Shown here: one piece after another, positions 9,119 through 18,345 of the stretch
How positions within the stretch are numbered: the stretch's first letter is position 1
Layout of the letters: each line of letters begins with the position of its first letter
Origin: a bacterium
GTDB lineage: Bacteria > Zhuqueibacterota > Zhuqueibacteria > Oceanimicrobiales > Oceanimicrobiaceae
Assembly: GCA_037446635.1 (NCBI GenBank)
Contig: JBBIIG010000049.1
Location: 1-30,614, forward strand
Length of the DNA: 30,614 nt
Direction of reading: 5' to 3'
Notes under the pieces: generated by a model
Seen by the model: only the letters and a program-made list of their open reading frames with translations
What the model was told of the DNA's origin: nothing
The model's database searches: none
Position numbers and translations under genes: made by a program

Positions 9119-10828
9119 TCAGCCCTCCAGCGCCGGATGCTGCAAATGAAATCCCGTGGCCTCCTGATATGCCTTCGCTATCGCCAACGTCTCCGCTTCG
9201 CCAAACAAATTGCCCAGGAACGTGATGCTCGTGGGTGTGCCCTTCTCGGTAAATCCGTTGGGCAGCACGACACACGGATGCCCGGTGAGATTGGTGAGCA
9301 ATAAGTTGCTGCCGCCGTAGGACGGACAAACGTACACATCCACTGTTGAAAATATCTCCGCCATCGACTGCATTACCAGTGTGCGCAGGCGATTGGCCTG
9401 CAGATACTCGACGGCCGGAATCGTGCGCGCTTGCCGGAAGACATTCGGCCAGGCGTTTTTGATCTGCCGCACCAGCAAATCGTCGCGATTGCTGCGGGTG
9501 AGATCATCGAACGCCGCGGCGGCCTCGGCGCTCAAAATAAACGACAGCGCATCGATGGGGTAATCGGGCAATTCGATGGGGATGAGATTCAAGCCCAGTT
9601 TGGAACGCAAAGTTTCGAGAGTGGCCTCGTCGTGCGCCTTCCACTCTTTGTTTTCACGATCGAACTCGAACGCACTTTTGACGTAACCAATACGCAGTTT
9701 TTTGATATCGAAATTCGCATCCCAGTTGAAGGGCAGATCCACCACCGTCAAATCTTTGCCGTCGGGACCGTAAATCGCGTCGAACACCAGCGCGCAATCT
9801 TCGACGCTGCGGCACATCGGGCCTAACTTGTCCATGCTCCAGCTCAACGCCATCGCCCCGTGCCGGCTGACGCGCCCGAAAGTTGGCCGCAAACCGGTGA
9901 CGCCGCAGCGCGTCGAGGGCGAAACAATCGAGCCCCAGGTCTCCGAGCCGATTGAAAATCCCACGAGTCCAGCCGCGGTGGCCGAAGCCGGTCCCGCGGA
10001 CGAGCCGCTGGAGCCTTCTTCTAAATTCCACGGATTTTTGGTCGTGCCGCCAAACCAGACGTCGCCCCAGGCCAGCTCGCCCAGTGTGAGTTTGGCGACC
10101 AGCACCGCGCCGGCTGATTCCAGGCGCTGCACAACCGTCGCGTCCGCGTCGATCATCTGATCTTTGTAGGGCACCGAACCCCAGGTAGTTTTATAGCCGC
10201 GCGCCGCCAGCAAATCTTTGGCACCCCACGGGATGCCGTGCAGCGGCCCGCGATACGTGCCGCGGGCGATTTCGTCATCGGCGCGTTTCGCTTGTTTGAG
10301 CGCTAATTCTTCAGTTAAGGTCACAACGCATAAAAGTTTGGGATCATATTTCTTTAGACGATTGAGATACATCTGCGTAAGCTCAACCGAGCTGACCTTT
10401 TTGGATTTGATGAGCGCGGCGAGATGCGTCACCGGCCAAAACGCCGCTTCTTCTAAATTCGCCGGCAGTTTCGGCGTCTCGATCTGGCTCATTTTGATGG
10501 GGCGGCGCGTCGTCTCAAATTTCATTCCGGACAAAATGGGATGGAATGCGATCGCGGGCGGCACGCTGTTCTCAATCGGAATTTTGCGAATAGCTTCGTA
10601 GCTTTCCAAATAGTCGTTCACGCCTTCTAACATCAATTCGCGTTCGGCGTCGGTGAATTCGAGACCGGCCAATTTCTCGGCTTCCTGCAGCATTTCTTTG
10701 GAAACGCGCAGCGCTTTTTCTTCCTGAAATTTTGACCAGAGAATGCCGGGGAGAAGCGTGGAGGTTAAACCAATGCTGGAAAAATAGGCGAGAAAACGGC
10801 GGCGAGTTAAATGAGTTGGTTCAGTCAT
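9119..10828 (-). CDS. Amidase signature (GatA-like) family protein with Tat motif
   Basis: 'TRRRFL' Tat motif. Catalytic K in 'GAKDL' and S residues in 'GSSGSSAG' and 'GSETWGSIVSPS'. Start at 10828 after GAAAGGAAG. Confidence 0.92.
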   Translation of the reverse strand: MTEPTHLTRRRFLAYFSSIGLTSTLLPGILWSKFQEEKALRVSKEMLQEAEKLAGLEFTDAERELMLEGVNDYLESYEAIRKIPIENSVPPAIAFHPILSGMKFETTRRPIKMSQIETPKLPANLEEAAFWPVTHLAALIKSKKVSSVELTQMYLNRLKKYDPKLLCVVTLTEELALKQAKRADDEIARGTYRGPLHGIPWGAKDLLAARGYKTTWGSVPYKDQMIDADATVVQRLESAGAVLVAKLTLGELAWGDVWFGGTTKNPWNLEEGSSGSSAGPASATAAGLVGFSIGSETWGSIVSPSTRCGVTGLRPTFGRVSRHGAMALSWSMDKLGPMCRSVEDCALVFDAIYGPDGKDLTVVDLPFNWDANFDIKKLRIGYVKSAFEFDRENKEWKAHDEATLETLRSKLGLNLIPIELPDYPIDALSFILSAEAAAAFDDLTRSNRDDLLVRQIKNAWPNVFRQARTIPAVEYLQANRLRTLVMQSMAEIFSTVDVYVCPSYGGSNLLLTNLTGHPCVVLPNGFTEKGTPTSITFLGNLFGEAETLAIAKAYQEATGFHLQHPALEG

Positions 10829-10853
10829 AATCTTCCTTTCATGATAGGAGATT

Positions 10854-10924
10854 AATGAAAAATGAAAATAGCAAAAATGCAAATTTCAAAATTTTGCGTT
10901 TTTCACTCTGCATTTTGCATTTCA
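10854..10924. repeat. Inverted heptamer-like repeat (AATGMAA... / ...TGCATTT)
   Basis: aatgaaa aatgaaa ... aatgcaa on the left and ctgcattttgcatttc on the right, between the AKR and amidase genes. Confidence 0.55.
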
Positions 10925-10928
10925 GATG

Positions 10929-11912
10929 TTACCGATATTCATGTCCGAGCACCGGCCGCGGCATATATGGTTCTTCTAAAAATTTTCGCTCCTCTTCGGA
11001 TAATTTGATATCCAACGCCGCGACCAATTGTTCAAGATGTTCGATCTTCCCGCTACCAACGATCGGCGAGGTGATGCCCGGCTGCTGCAGCACCCACGCC
11101 AGCGCGATTTGAATTGGCTGCACGCCTTTGCGCTGCGCCAATTCCACGACGCGATCGGCGATCACAAAATCCTGATCGGAGTAATAGAGTTTGCGGGCGT
11201 AGTCATCGGTTTTGGCGCGCAGCGTCTCCCCGCCCTCTCGCCTGCGGTTACCGGCTAAAAATCCGCGCGCCAGCGGACTCCACGGAATCACGCCAATTCC
11301 CTGATCGCGGCAGAGCGGCAGCATCTCGCGTTCCTCTTCGCGGTAAATCAGGTTGTAATGATTTTGCATGCTGATGAAACGCGTCCAGCCGTGGAGGTCC
11401 GCAAGATACAACATTTTGGCAAATTGCCAGGCAAACATGCTGGAGGCGCCGATGTAGCGCGCTTTGCCCATGCGCACAAGATCATGCAGCGCTTCCAGCG
11501 TCTCCTCGAATGGCGTCGAGTAGTCGAGGCGGTGAATTTGATACAAGTCAACGTAATCCGTTCCGAGGCGTTTGAGCGAGGCATCGATTTGCGAAAAGAT
11601 GTGCTTGCGCGAGAGTCCACCCATGTTGGGCTTATCGTTCATTGGAAAATAAACTTTGGTGGCGATGACCACTTCGTCGCGCTTGGCAAAATCTTTTAGC
11701 GCGCGGCCAACAATTTCCTCGCTGACGCCGAGCGAGTACATGTTGGCGGTGTCGAAAAAATTGATACCCAACTCCAGCGCTTTCTGAATAATCGGCCGCG
11801 ACTCTTTTTCCTCGATCACCCACTCCCGCCATGTCTTCGAGCCGAAGGTCATGCAGCCGAGACAGAGGCGAGAAACCTTCAATCCGCTTTTACCAAGATT
11901 GACGTATTCCAT
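10929..11912 (-). CDS. Aldo/keto reductase (YajO/IolS-like)
   Basis: 'LCLGCMTFG', 'FFDTANMY', 'IATK', 'DLYQIHR', 'PWSPLARG'. Start at 11912 downstream of GGAGG. Confidence 0.95.
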   Translation of the reverse strand: MEYVNLGKSGLKVSRLCLGCMTFGSKTWREWVIEEKESRPIIQKALELGINFFDTANMYSLGVSEEIVGRALKDFAKRDEVVIATKVYFPMNDKPNMGGLSRKHIFSQIDASLKRLGTDYVDLYQIHRLDYSTPFEETLEALHDLVRMGKARYIGASSMFAWQFAKMLYLADLHGWTRFISMQNHYNLIYREEEREMLPLCRDQGIGVIPWSPLARGFLAGNRRREGGETLRAKTDDYARKLYYSDQDFVIADRVVELAQRKGVQPIQIALAWVLQQPGITSPIVGSGKIEHLEQLVAALDIKLSEEERKFLEEPYMPRPVLGHEYR

Positions 11913-11930
11913 TTGTTCCTCCATTCGTGC

Positions 11931-11952
11931 AACACAACATTAATGTTGTGTT
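11931..11952. repeat. Palindrome AACACAACATTAATGTTGTGTT
   Basis: Perfect 22-bp palindrome just upstream of the AKR gene. Could be REP-like or an operator. Confidence 0.55.
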
Positions 11953-12053
11953 ACGTTACACCTACCCTCTTTCCCAACCTAACCGTAAGGCGCGCGAAGA
12001 ACAAAGGACGCTATTAATGTTTCTACCTTGCGACCCTTGCGAATTCCTCGCGC

Positions 12054-13799
12054 TCATTGCGGTTTACTCTTTTGCTTTTTCCGCTCTCTAAAAAACTCGT
12101 CAATTTTATTCAGGCTCATTGCATTCAAAATATTCTCTTTCCCCAACCAGCCCTTGCGCGCGATGCCCACGCCGTAGCGCATGTCGCGCAGACCCTCAAC
12201 GCTGTGGGCGTCGGGATTGATGCTGATGAGCACGCCCTTTTCTTTAGCGTATTTGCAGTAGCGCCAGTCGATATCCAATCGGTGCGGATTAGCATTTAAC
12301 TCGATGGCAACTTTGTGTTCCGCCGCGGCGGCGATGATTTTTTCCATGTCCAGCGGATAACCATCGCGGCCCAACAGCAATCGCCCCGTGGGATGCCCGA
12401 TGATGGTAACAAACGGATTGGCAATGGCCCGCAACATGCGCTTCGTTGCCTCTTCTTTCGTCATGTTTAAAACGCTGTGAATCGAGGCTACGACAAAATC
12501 GAAACTGGCGAGCACCTCGTCGGGATAATCGAGGGCGCCGTCGTGCAAAATATCGACCTCTGTGCCTTTGAAAATTTTGAACGGCGCGAGCCTTTTGTTC
12601 AACTCATCCACTACCGCGTGTTGCTCGATCACGCGGTGCGGCTCAAGGCCGTGGGCGTAAACAACAATCTGACTGTGATCGCATAGCCCAAAATATTCGT
12701 AGCCCAGGTCGCGGGTGGCGATCGCCATCGCTTCGATGGAATCGCGGCCATCGCTGAAAGTCGAGTGGCAGTGGAGGATGCCTTTGAGATCGGATTCCTC
12801 CACTAACTTCGGAATTTTGTTTTCCGCCGCGGCGTCAATTTCACCGTTATCTTCGCGCAGCTCCGGCGGAATGTAGGCTAATCCCAATTTCGCAAAAATG
12901 TCGCTTTCGTTTTTGCAGGGAACCAGCTCGGTTTCATTTTTGAAGAGACCGTATTCGCTCATCTTCATCCCCATTTTGATGGCGCGGCCGCGCATCGCGA
13001 TATTGTGCTCGGCGGAGCCGGTGAAATGGTGCAGCGCATACGGAAATTGTTTGTCGCTGACGATTCGCAAATCGGCGTTGATGCCGCTTTTGAGAACGAC
13101 GCTGGATTTCGTGGAGCCTTTGCCGGTGATCACCTCCACTTCCGGACGGCTGGTGAAAAAATCCATGATCGCTTCCACGTCTTTGTCTTTGGCGCTGGCC
13201 ACGATATCGATGTCTTTCACCGTCTCCTTTTTGCGGCGCAGGCTGCCGGCCAACTCCGCGCGGATCACGTTTGGATGATTTTTCACCGCATCGAAAATCG
13301 GCTGCGCCGCGGCCTCAACGACGTGAAACAGATGGCGGTCTTTGTGCTTGCGCAAAAATTCGATGCCCTGCAAAATTTTCTCTTCGGTCTTCGCGCCAAA
13401 GCCATCCAATTGCGCGAGACGATTTTCCCGAGCCGCGGCTTCCAACTCGGTGATGGTTTTGATATTCAGCTCATCATAAACCTTTTTGATTTTCTTGGGA
13501 CCGAAGCCGGGGATGGCGGTCATTTCGATGAGACCCGGCGGAATGGATTCTTTGAGATTATCGTAGTACGGCAGGCGGCCGGTGGTAACCAGCTCGGTGA
13601 TTTTTTCCGCCAGCGCATCGCCAATGCCTTTGATGTTGTGGATTTCACCGCTCGCCACCAATTCCTCAATTTCACCGCTCTCAGAGAGAATCGCCCTTGC
13701 CGCGTTCTCGTACGCCCGGCTCTTAAACGGATTCTCGCCTTTGATTTCCAAAAGCACGGCGATATCTTCTAAAATGCGAGCGACTTGTTTTTTGTCCAT
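12054..13799 (-). CDS. polX: DNA polymerase X / PHP 3'-5' exonuclease
   Basis: 'GENPFKSRAY', HhH motifs, 'GSLRR', catalytic 'DIDI' and 'ADLR', 'HFTGS'. PHP motifs 'HCHSTFSDG', 'CDHS', 'GHPTGR', 'NPDAH'. Confidence 0.95.
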   Translation of the reverse strand: MDKKQVARILEDIAVLLEIKGENPFKSRAYENAARAILSESGEIEELVASGEIHNIKGIGDALAEKITELVTTGRLPYYDNLKESIPPGLIEMTAIPGFGPKKIKKVYDELNIKTITELEAAARENRLAQLDGFGAKTEEKILQGIEFLRKHKDRHLFHVVEAAAQPIFDAVKNHPNVIRAELAGSLRRKKETVKDIDIVASAKDKDVEAIMDFFTSRPEVEVITGKGSTKSSVVLKSGINADLRIVSDKQFPYALHHFTGSAEHNIAMRGRAIKMGMKMSEYGLFKNETELVPCKNESDIFAKLGLAYIPPELREDNGEIDAAAENKIPKLVEESDLKGILHCHSTFSDGRDSIEAMAIATRDLGYEYFGLCDHSQIVVYAHGLEPHRVIEQHAVVDELNKRLAPFKIFKGTEVDILHDGALDYPDEVLASFDFVVASIHSVLNMTKEEATKRMLRAIANPFVTIIGHPTGRLLLGRDGYPLDMEKIIAAAAEHKVAIELNANPHRLDIDWRYCKYAKEKGVLISINPDAHSVEGLRDMRYGVGIARKGWLGKENILNAMSLNKIDEFFRERKKQKSKPQ

Positions 13800-13822
13800 A
13801 GTTGATGAAAATGCTGTAATTA

Positions 13823-13856
13823 CCGTAGGGGGGCGATTCATGAATCACCCCTACGG
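13823..13856. repeat. GTAG-type REP palindrome
   Basis: CCGTAGGGGGGCGATTCATGAATCACCCCTACGG. Confidence 0.75.
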
Positions 13857-13958
13857 TTGAAATTGATCCTATTTACTCGTTTTACTCGCGGCCAAATTTC
13901 AAATCGTTCCCAAACTTCCAGTTTGCAAACGCAACTGCCCGACCAGCTTTGTTTCTCC

Positions 13959-14102
13959 TCAAAGGCGATTGTCGGTGCTGATGAACAGCTGATTCACCAC
14001 CGCGATCACGGCGTCTTTTTCAAGCAAAATTTTATTTTGTGAATTTTGATTTGAGCAGGCTGCCAGCAACAGAATTAGCAGTAAATTCAGAAATGGCAAC
14101 AT
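13959..14102 (-). pseudogene. Truncated lipoprotein (47 aa), probable SnoaL/NTF2-like remnant
   Basis: Strong RBS GGGGAGG. MLPFLNLLLILLLAAC lipobox, then 'EKDAVIAVVNQLFISTDNRL*'. Too short for the ORF track. Confidence 0.6.
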
Positions 14103-14183
14103 TCCTCCCCTTTCAATTTTAACGCCACCATAATAGCGATTCGCTGCAACAAAATCAAGCTGCGAGATGCGACTGTCGTGGCG

Positions 14184-14215
14184 AACCCTGGCAAGGTTGA
14201 AACCCTGTCAGGGTT
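14184..14215. repeat. Double palindrome AACCCTGGCAAGGTT-GA-AACCCTGTCAGGGTT
   Basis: Two tandem 15-bp hairpins just downstream of the mtgA stop. Confidence 0.6.
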
Positions 14216-14219
14216 TTGA

Positions 14220-15185
14220 TTACTGCAAGCTGTCGGGTGGAACGGACTCTTGGGAATCACTGGCAGATGAGCCGGGCACCGAGGTGGCAAACAACGAATC
14301 TTCTTCCACATCAACTTCAACTTCGGGCGATTCTGTGATGAGGGTATCGGAAAGCATGGGCGCAATCACGGGCATTTGACCGCGCAAATGAAGAGGTTCG
14401 GCAAAAGCAGCTTCAGCGGTTTGGGCATCGATTACTTTGGAAATTACCAGCAAATCCAGCACCCTCTTTTGAAATCGGCGTGCGGTTTCCACGCGGCGGA
14501 ATGGACTGAAGCGCTTGGGGTTCGGCAGAATTCCCGCTAACATCGTGGCTTCGGACAAATTCAGATCACTGGCAGATTTGCCGAAGTGGTACTGCGCGGC
14601 CGCCTCGGCGCCGTAAACATTCTCCCCCCACTCGATGATGTTCAGATACAATTCTAAAATCTGTTTTTTGCTCAACACTTTTTCAATTCGCCGGGCGACG
14701 ATGATTTCGCGGACTTTGCGAATAAGGGTTTTCTCTTTGCTCAAAAACGCGTTGCGCGCCAACTGCATGGTAATGGTGCTGGCGCCGCGGGCGTAGCGGC
14801 CGCGCTGCCAGTTGACCTTCCACGCCTCTTTCATCATTTGAAAATTCACGCCGTCGTGATGCCAAAAGGTGTCATCCTCGCTGATGATGACAGCCCTCTG
14901 CAAATTCTCGGCTATGGCCGATAGCGGCACCACTTTACGGATCGGCTCATCGCGTTTTTTTTGCCAATCAAAATTGTTGAAGGATTTAACGGTGGAGGAA
15001 AGTTGGAATTCTTTGATCTCCTGCTCGCTGGGCAATCCGCCTAAAATAGCGAAGGCGCTGAGCGCAAGGATGATCAGAAAAAGCAAAGAAAACAAGATAA
15101 TGAGACGCGCAAACGGTGAAAGGCGCCGGGATGAAATTTCAGAGGCCGGCGCATCAGAGGAAGAGGTGGTCGGTTCTTCGGTCAT
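14220..15185 (-). CDS. mtgA: Monofunctional peptidoglycan transglycosylase (GT51)
   Basis: One TM. Motifs 'SEDDTFWHHDG', 'GASTITMQLARNAF', 'RKVRE', 'ILELYLN', 'LPNP'. No transpeptidase domain. Confidence 0.9.
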   Translation of the reverse strand: MTEEPTTSSSDAPASEISSRRLSPFARLIILFSLLFLIILALSAFAILGGLPSEQEIKEFQLSSTVKSFNNFDWQKKRDEPIRKVVPLSAIAENLQRAVIISEDDTFWHHDGVNFQMMKEAWKVNWQRGRYARGASTITMQLARNAFLSKEKTLIRKVREIIVARRIEKVLSKKQILELYLNIIEWGENVYGAEAAAQYHFGKSASDLNLSEATMLAGILPNPKRFSPFRRVETARRFQKRVLDLLVISKVIDAQTAEAAFAEPLHLRGQMPVIAPMLSDTLITESPEVEVDVEEDSLFATSVPGSSASDSQESVPPDSLQ

Positions 15186-15217
15186 GTAATAACCTTAATT
15201 TAGAAAACGGGCCGCGA

Positions 15218-15295
15218 TCACCTGAAATTAAATTTCAGGCGACGCAACGCCGTAGCCGTAGGGATAATTCATGAATTACCCTCCTACCCCTACGG
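15218..15295. repeat. Palindrome CCTGAAATT-A-AATTTCAGG plus GTAG-type REP
   Basis: Hairpin at 15221-15239. CCGTAGGGATAATTCATGAATTACCCTCCTACCCCTACGG at 15256-15295 overlaps the stop codon of the pyrophosphorylase gene. Confidence 0.7.
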
Positions 15296-16726
15296 GTTCG
15301 TTTCTAAATATAACTCACCATCAAATTTGATTTCACGACTTATTTTTGCAGCAAGTTCTTCCGCGTCGAGGGCAAACAGTGGGCTGATTTCAATGTTTCC
15401 CTGCACGTTGTTATGAGCATCGCGGGGGACGGCAACTCCGGCCTGCTCCAACCAGGCGCCGTATAAATTCACCAGATCCCGGCGCGCGGTTTCCGGGGAA
15501 TCCGGGCCGCTGTCGTTTTTGACCGGGCTGAACTCCTGTTCGCGGGCAACTTCCAAAATCACCGTGCGTTCGGCGTACATCAGGGCGTCGAACACAAAGG
15601 TCTCGAATTTGTAGCCGTTCGGCCGGGAGGGGGTCTGCTCTTCGCCGCGCTCGTCCAAAAACGGAATCACTTTGTGCGCCACGTGCCACGGCAGTTTAAA
15701 ACCATCGCGATTCAACTCCTCGATGAACGCAACGTCAAACACATGAATGGCGATGCTGCCGGCGCGAAACGTTAAGCTGCCATCGGGATTGGTCTGGGAT
15801 TTTTGCTCCTCCGACAAATCACTGTATTCCACCACCCCGAGGCGGCCACCAATTTTGGCGACCACTCCGACTTTCTCGTGGGCGTCGCGCTTGCTCACCA
15901 CTTTGGCCGACATCTGCGCTCGATTCTGCAAATGAAAGCCGATGAACACCGGGTCGCAAATTTTCACCAGAACGTTATCCACCTGAAAATAAAACAGCAA
16001 ATCGATGCCGCGGGCGCGCAGGTTTTCCAACGCGCCGCTTTTGTGCAGCGCCGAGAGCGAGCCGCCGTGGCCGTTGGGGTTGGTGAAAATGTGATCTTTG
16101 GCGTCGAGAATAAGCTTGCCCTGTTCATCCAGAGCCGGGATCATTTCCTGCTGGAACAACATTACGTCGGCGGACGGCAATCCAAAAAAATCGTGGCGCT
16201 CGAAAAACTCCACCGCGCCCTCGTGATTGCTTTCGCTGGTCATGATCAGCCACGGAATGGTGGTCTGATATTTCCGGGAAAGCGCTTTAATCTGTTCCGC
16301 AAAAAGTTGGAAGAAGCTTTTTTGTTTGACGGGCGTGATGGGAAAAATTCCTTTCGGCCCGGTAAACCCCAACCGTGTGCCCTGGCCGCCGGCCACCACA
16401 AACGCCGCCACCCGGCCCTGGCGCAGAGCCTGCTCACCGACTTGTTTTGCTACTTCAAACGGCTGCTTTTCTTCGGGAGTTTTGGGAAGCTGAATGAAAT
16501 CCGCCGGCTCGAGACGGCTGGAGAGTTTAGCGCCCGCGGGGTTTTCGATCAAGTTGCGATACAGTCTGGCCAACAAATCGAAATCGATCTCCCGCAATTG
16601 CGCCAGCAGCTTGTTTCGGGAGGAGTCGTCCAGCTCGTTCCAGTACCGCAAAACGTGATTTTGTCCGGCGGCGCGGACTTGTTGCAACAACTTTTTTTCG
16701 TCAGTGTGTGTAGTTGTAACCAGCAT
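15290..16726 (-). CDS. UDPGP type 1 family nucleotidyltransferase (UAP1-like UDP-GlcNAc pyrophosphorylase)
   Basis: 'AGGQGTRLG..GPKG', 'PNGHGG', 'QVDN', 'VEYSD', 'KFETFVFD', 'EFSPVKN'. Confidence 0.92.
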   Translation of the reverse strand: MLVTTTHTDEKKLLQQVRAAGQNHVLRYWNELDDSSRNKLLAQLREIDFDLLARLYRNLIENPAGAKLSSRLEPADFIQLPKTPEEKQPFEVAKQVGEQALRQGRVAAFVVAGGQGTRLGFTGPKGIFPITPVKQKSFFQLFAEQIKALSRKYQTTIPWLIMTSESNHEGAVEFFERHDFFGLPSADVMLFQQEMIPALDEQGKLILDAKDHIFTNPNGHGGSLSALHKSGALENLRARGIDLLFYFQVDNVLVKICDPVFIGFHLQNRAQMSAKVVSKRDAHEKVGVVAKIGGRLGVVEYSDLSEEQKSQTNPDGSLTFRAGSIAIHVFDVAFIEELNRDGFKLPWHVAHKVIPFLDERGEEQTPSRPNGYKFETFVFDALMYAERTVILEVAREQEFSPVKNDSGPDSPETARRDLVNLYGAWLEQAGVAVPRDAHNNVQGNIEISPLFALDAEELAAKISREIKFDGELYLETNP

Positions 16727-16752
16727 CCTGAGTCCCTTTCAGGCTAATTGTC

Positions 16753-16974
16753 CTAATGTTTTTCAGAGCGCGATTCATATTTACCTTTAAAATAGGCCAA
16801 ATGGCTAAACCAGCCCACCAACGCGCCGACAAAAACCGCCCCCAAAAGAAAAATCAGCAGCGGCGCCGAGACCGACCAAAACAAAAGTCTAATGGGCACA
16901 GTGGTCATGTTTTGCAACAAAACAACGGCAATCAGAGCGACGAGAATCAAAAGGAAAATGGTTTTGGGCTTCAT
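16753..16974 (-). CDS. LapA/DUF1049-family small membrane protein
   Basis: 73 aa, two TM, 'LLQNMTTVPIRLLFW...PL...LLGAVFVGALVG'. Confidence 0.8.
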   Translation of the reverse strand: MKPKTIFLLILVALIAVVLLQNMTTVPIRLLFWSVSAPLLIFLLGAVFVGALVGWFSHLAYFKGKYESRSEKH

Positions 16975-17077
16975 ACTATTTCTTGATTAAATGAGAATCC
17001 ACTTAAATCATCGGCAGGCACCCACCGGCTTTGAATTTGAATTTAAAAGATCAAGCATTTTGATCAATAAAAATCAT

Positions 17078-17106
17078 TTGACATTTAAGAAGCAATTTTG
17101 TATGCT
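17078..17106 (+). promoter_or_regulatory. Near-consensus sigma70 promoter
   Basis: TTGACA (17078-83), 17 nt spacer, TATGCT (17101-06). Confidence 0.7.
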
Positions 17107-17145
17107 TGCGTTACGCATCGTAAAACAGCACGTCAATCCTAAGAT

Positions 17146-17173
17146 ACCCAGCCTGATGCGGCTGGGTTTTTTG
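17146..17173 (+). terminator. Intrinsic terminator upstream of the sigma gene
   Basis: ACCCAGCC-TGATGC-GGCTGGGT followed by a T tract. Confidence 0.7.
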
Positions 17174-17208
17174 TTTTCACCAATACTTTTTCTAAAAGGC
17201 GCCGCGAA

Positions 17209-17853
17209 ATGATCCCGTTCGTTCCGGGCTTCTTGCTTTATTGTCGGCAGAATCTCTCCATCATTCATTTTGCCGAGCTTTTGGATTTATGCATTAACCG
17301 GGCGCACGAATGCTATCAGGAGGCGTGGTATGAGTTTGAGCGCCGTTATCGCGCCATCATCTTTGCCCGCATCCGCGCCCATCTCCTGCGTTGGAGCGCC
17401 GCCAACAACCGCGAATACATGGAAGACATCTCAAGCAAAATCACCGAACGCCTGCTGGCCAACGAGTGCCGCGCCCTTCGAAACTTCAAGGGGCGGGAAA
17501 ATGAAGGCAAATTCATCAGCTTTTTAAGTGTCATCTGCCAGCGCGCTGCCAACTCCTACATGATTCTTCAAACTCAATTGAATCCGGCGCTTCTGGAAGG
17601 GATAACCATCCCCCAAGAAGACAAAGCAGATTTGTTCGATCTTTATGTCGAAACTCTGCGGGACAAGTTGGCCGATTCCCAGAAATCGCCGCTTAACATC
17701 GAGCGCGATATGTTTATTTTTTTGCTGCGCTTCCTGGCGGAATTCAAATCCAAGGACGTAGCCGCGATCCCGTTGTTGAAATTGAGCCCGCACAACGTCG
17801 ATATCATCGTCCATCGCCTGTGCGCCATTCTTCGCGATCAGAAAAAAAACTAA
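17209..17853 (+). CDS. Divergent ECF-type sigma-70 factor
   Basis: Region 2-like 'AWYEFERRYRAII...EDISSKITERL...FISFLSVICQRAANSY' and region 4-like 'RDMFIFLLRFLAEFKSKDVA...SPHNVDIIVHRL'. About 210 aa and adjacent to ZAS genes. Confidence 0.72.
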   Translation: MIPFVPGFLLYCRQNLSIIHFAELLDLCINRAHECYQEAWYEFERRYRAIIFARIRAHLLRWSAANNREYMEDISSKITERLLANECRALRNFKGRENEGKFISFLSVICQRAANSYMILQTQLNPALLEGITIPQEDKADLFDLYVETLRDKLADSQKSPLNIERDMFIFLLRFLAEFKSKDVAAIPLLKLSPHNVDIIVHRLCAILRDQKKN

Positions 17854-17866
17854 ATTGGGTAGGCGC

Positions 17867-17895
17867 TGAGAGATTTCCGCAGCCCCGGTTCACTA
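17867..17895 (+). promoter_or_regulatory. Candidate ECF promoter, copy A
   Basis: TGAGAGATTT-N13-TCACTA. Same motif and spacing as copy B at 25766. Confidence 0.5.
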
Positions 17896-17970
17896 TATGG
17901 TTGAGCGCTCAAATTACCAGTGTAAATTAAATCACACGTTCTGCTTAACTTACCAACATCAAAGAGGCAG

Positions 17971-18345
17971 ATGAAAACATCTGTGCAACATCTCTCGTGC
18001 GGCGCCTTAGCGGCGTTGGCCAAAACGAAGGAAACCGGGGACGAGGTTGGAAAATCCATGCAACACCTCAATACATGCGCTGAGTGTGCTCGAAATTTCG
18101 CCGCTGTCACCAAGTGGCTGAACACGTCTCCCTCGGAACTGAACGACAGGGTATCCAACTTCTTCAAAACCGCCCACTGCAGTGAAGAAGAGAGCGATAA
18201 TGACAAAGCCGCTTCAATATTCGTCTCCTTTTTAAATCCGGAGCCTTCGGAATCCAATTCGCTAACGTTGTTTAGGCACCTCAATAAGTGTTACCCTTGC
18301 TTCGAGATGTTTGTTAGGAGCTGGAACGACTATTTGAACACTTAG
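17971..18345 (+). CDS. Soluble twin zinc-finger (ZAS/zf-HC2-like) protein
   Basis: H7-x24-H32xxxCxxC ('HLNTCAEC') and a second 'HLNKCYPC'. RBS AAGAGG, no TM. Confidence 0.72.
   Translation: MKTSVQHLSCGALAALAKTKETGDEVGKSMQHLNTCAECARNFAAVTKWLNTSPSELNDRVSNFFKTAHCSEEESDNDKAASIFVSFLNPEPSESNSLTLFRHLNKCYPCFEMFVRSWNDYLNT

Noticed and set aside
11981..12053. Loose inverted repeat (GCGCGAAG.../...TTGCGA.CCTCGCGC) between polX and the AKR gene
   Set aside because: Too degenerate to define confidently as an element.
12054..13799. Catalytically altered PolX
   Set aside because: The DxD plus third Asp and the PHP metal ligands appear intact, so this is a canonical enzyme.
16991..17268. Small ORFs 16991-17212 (+) and 17074-17268 (-) as leader peptides
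   Set aside because: No convincing RBS. They cross the promoter and terminator, and the + ORF starts upstream of the predicted transcription start.
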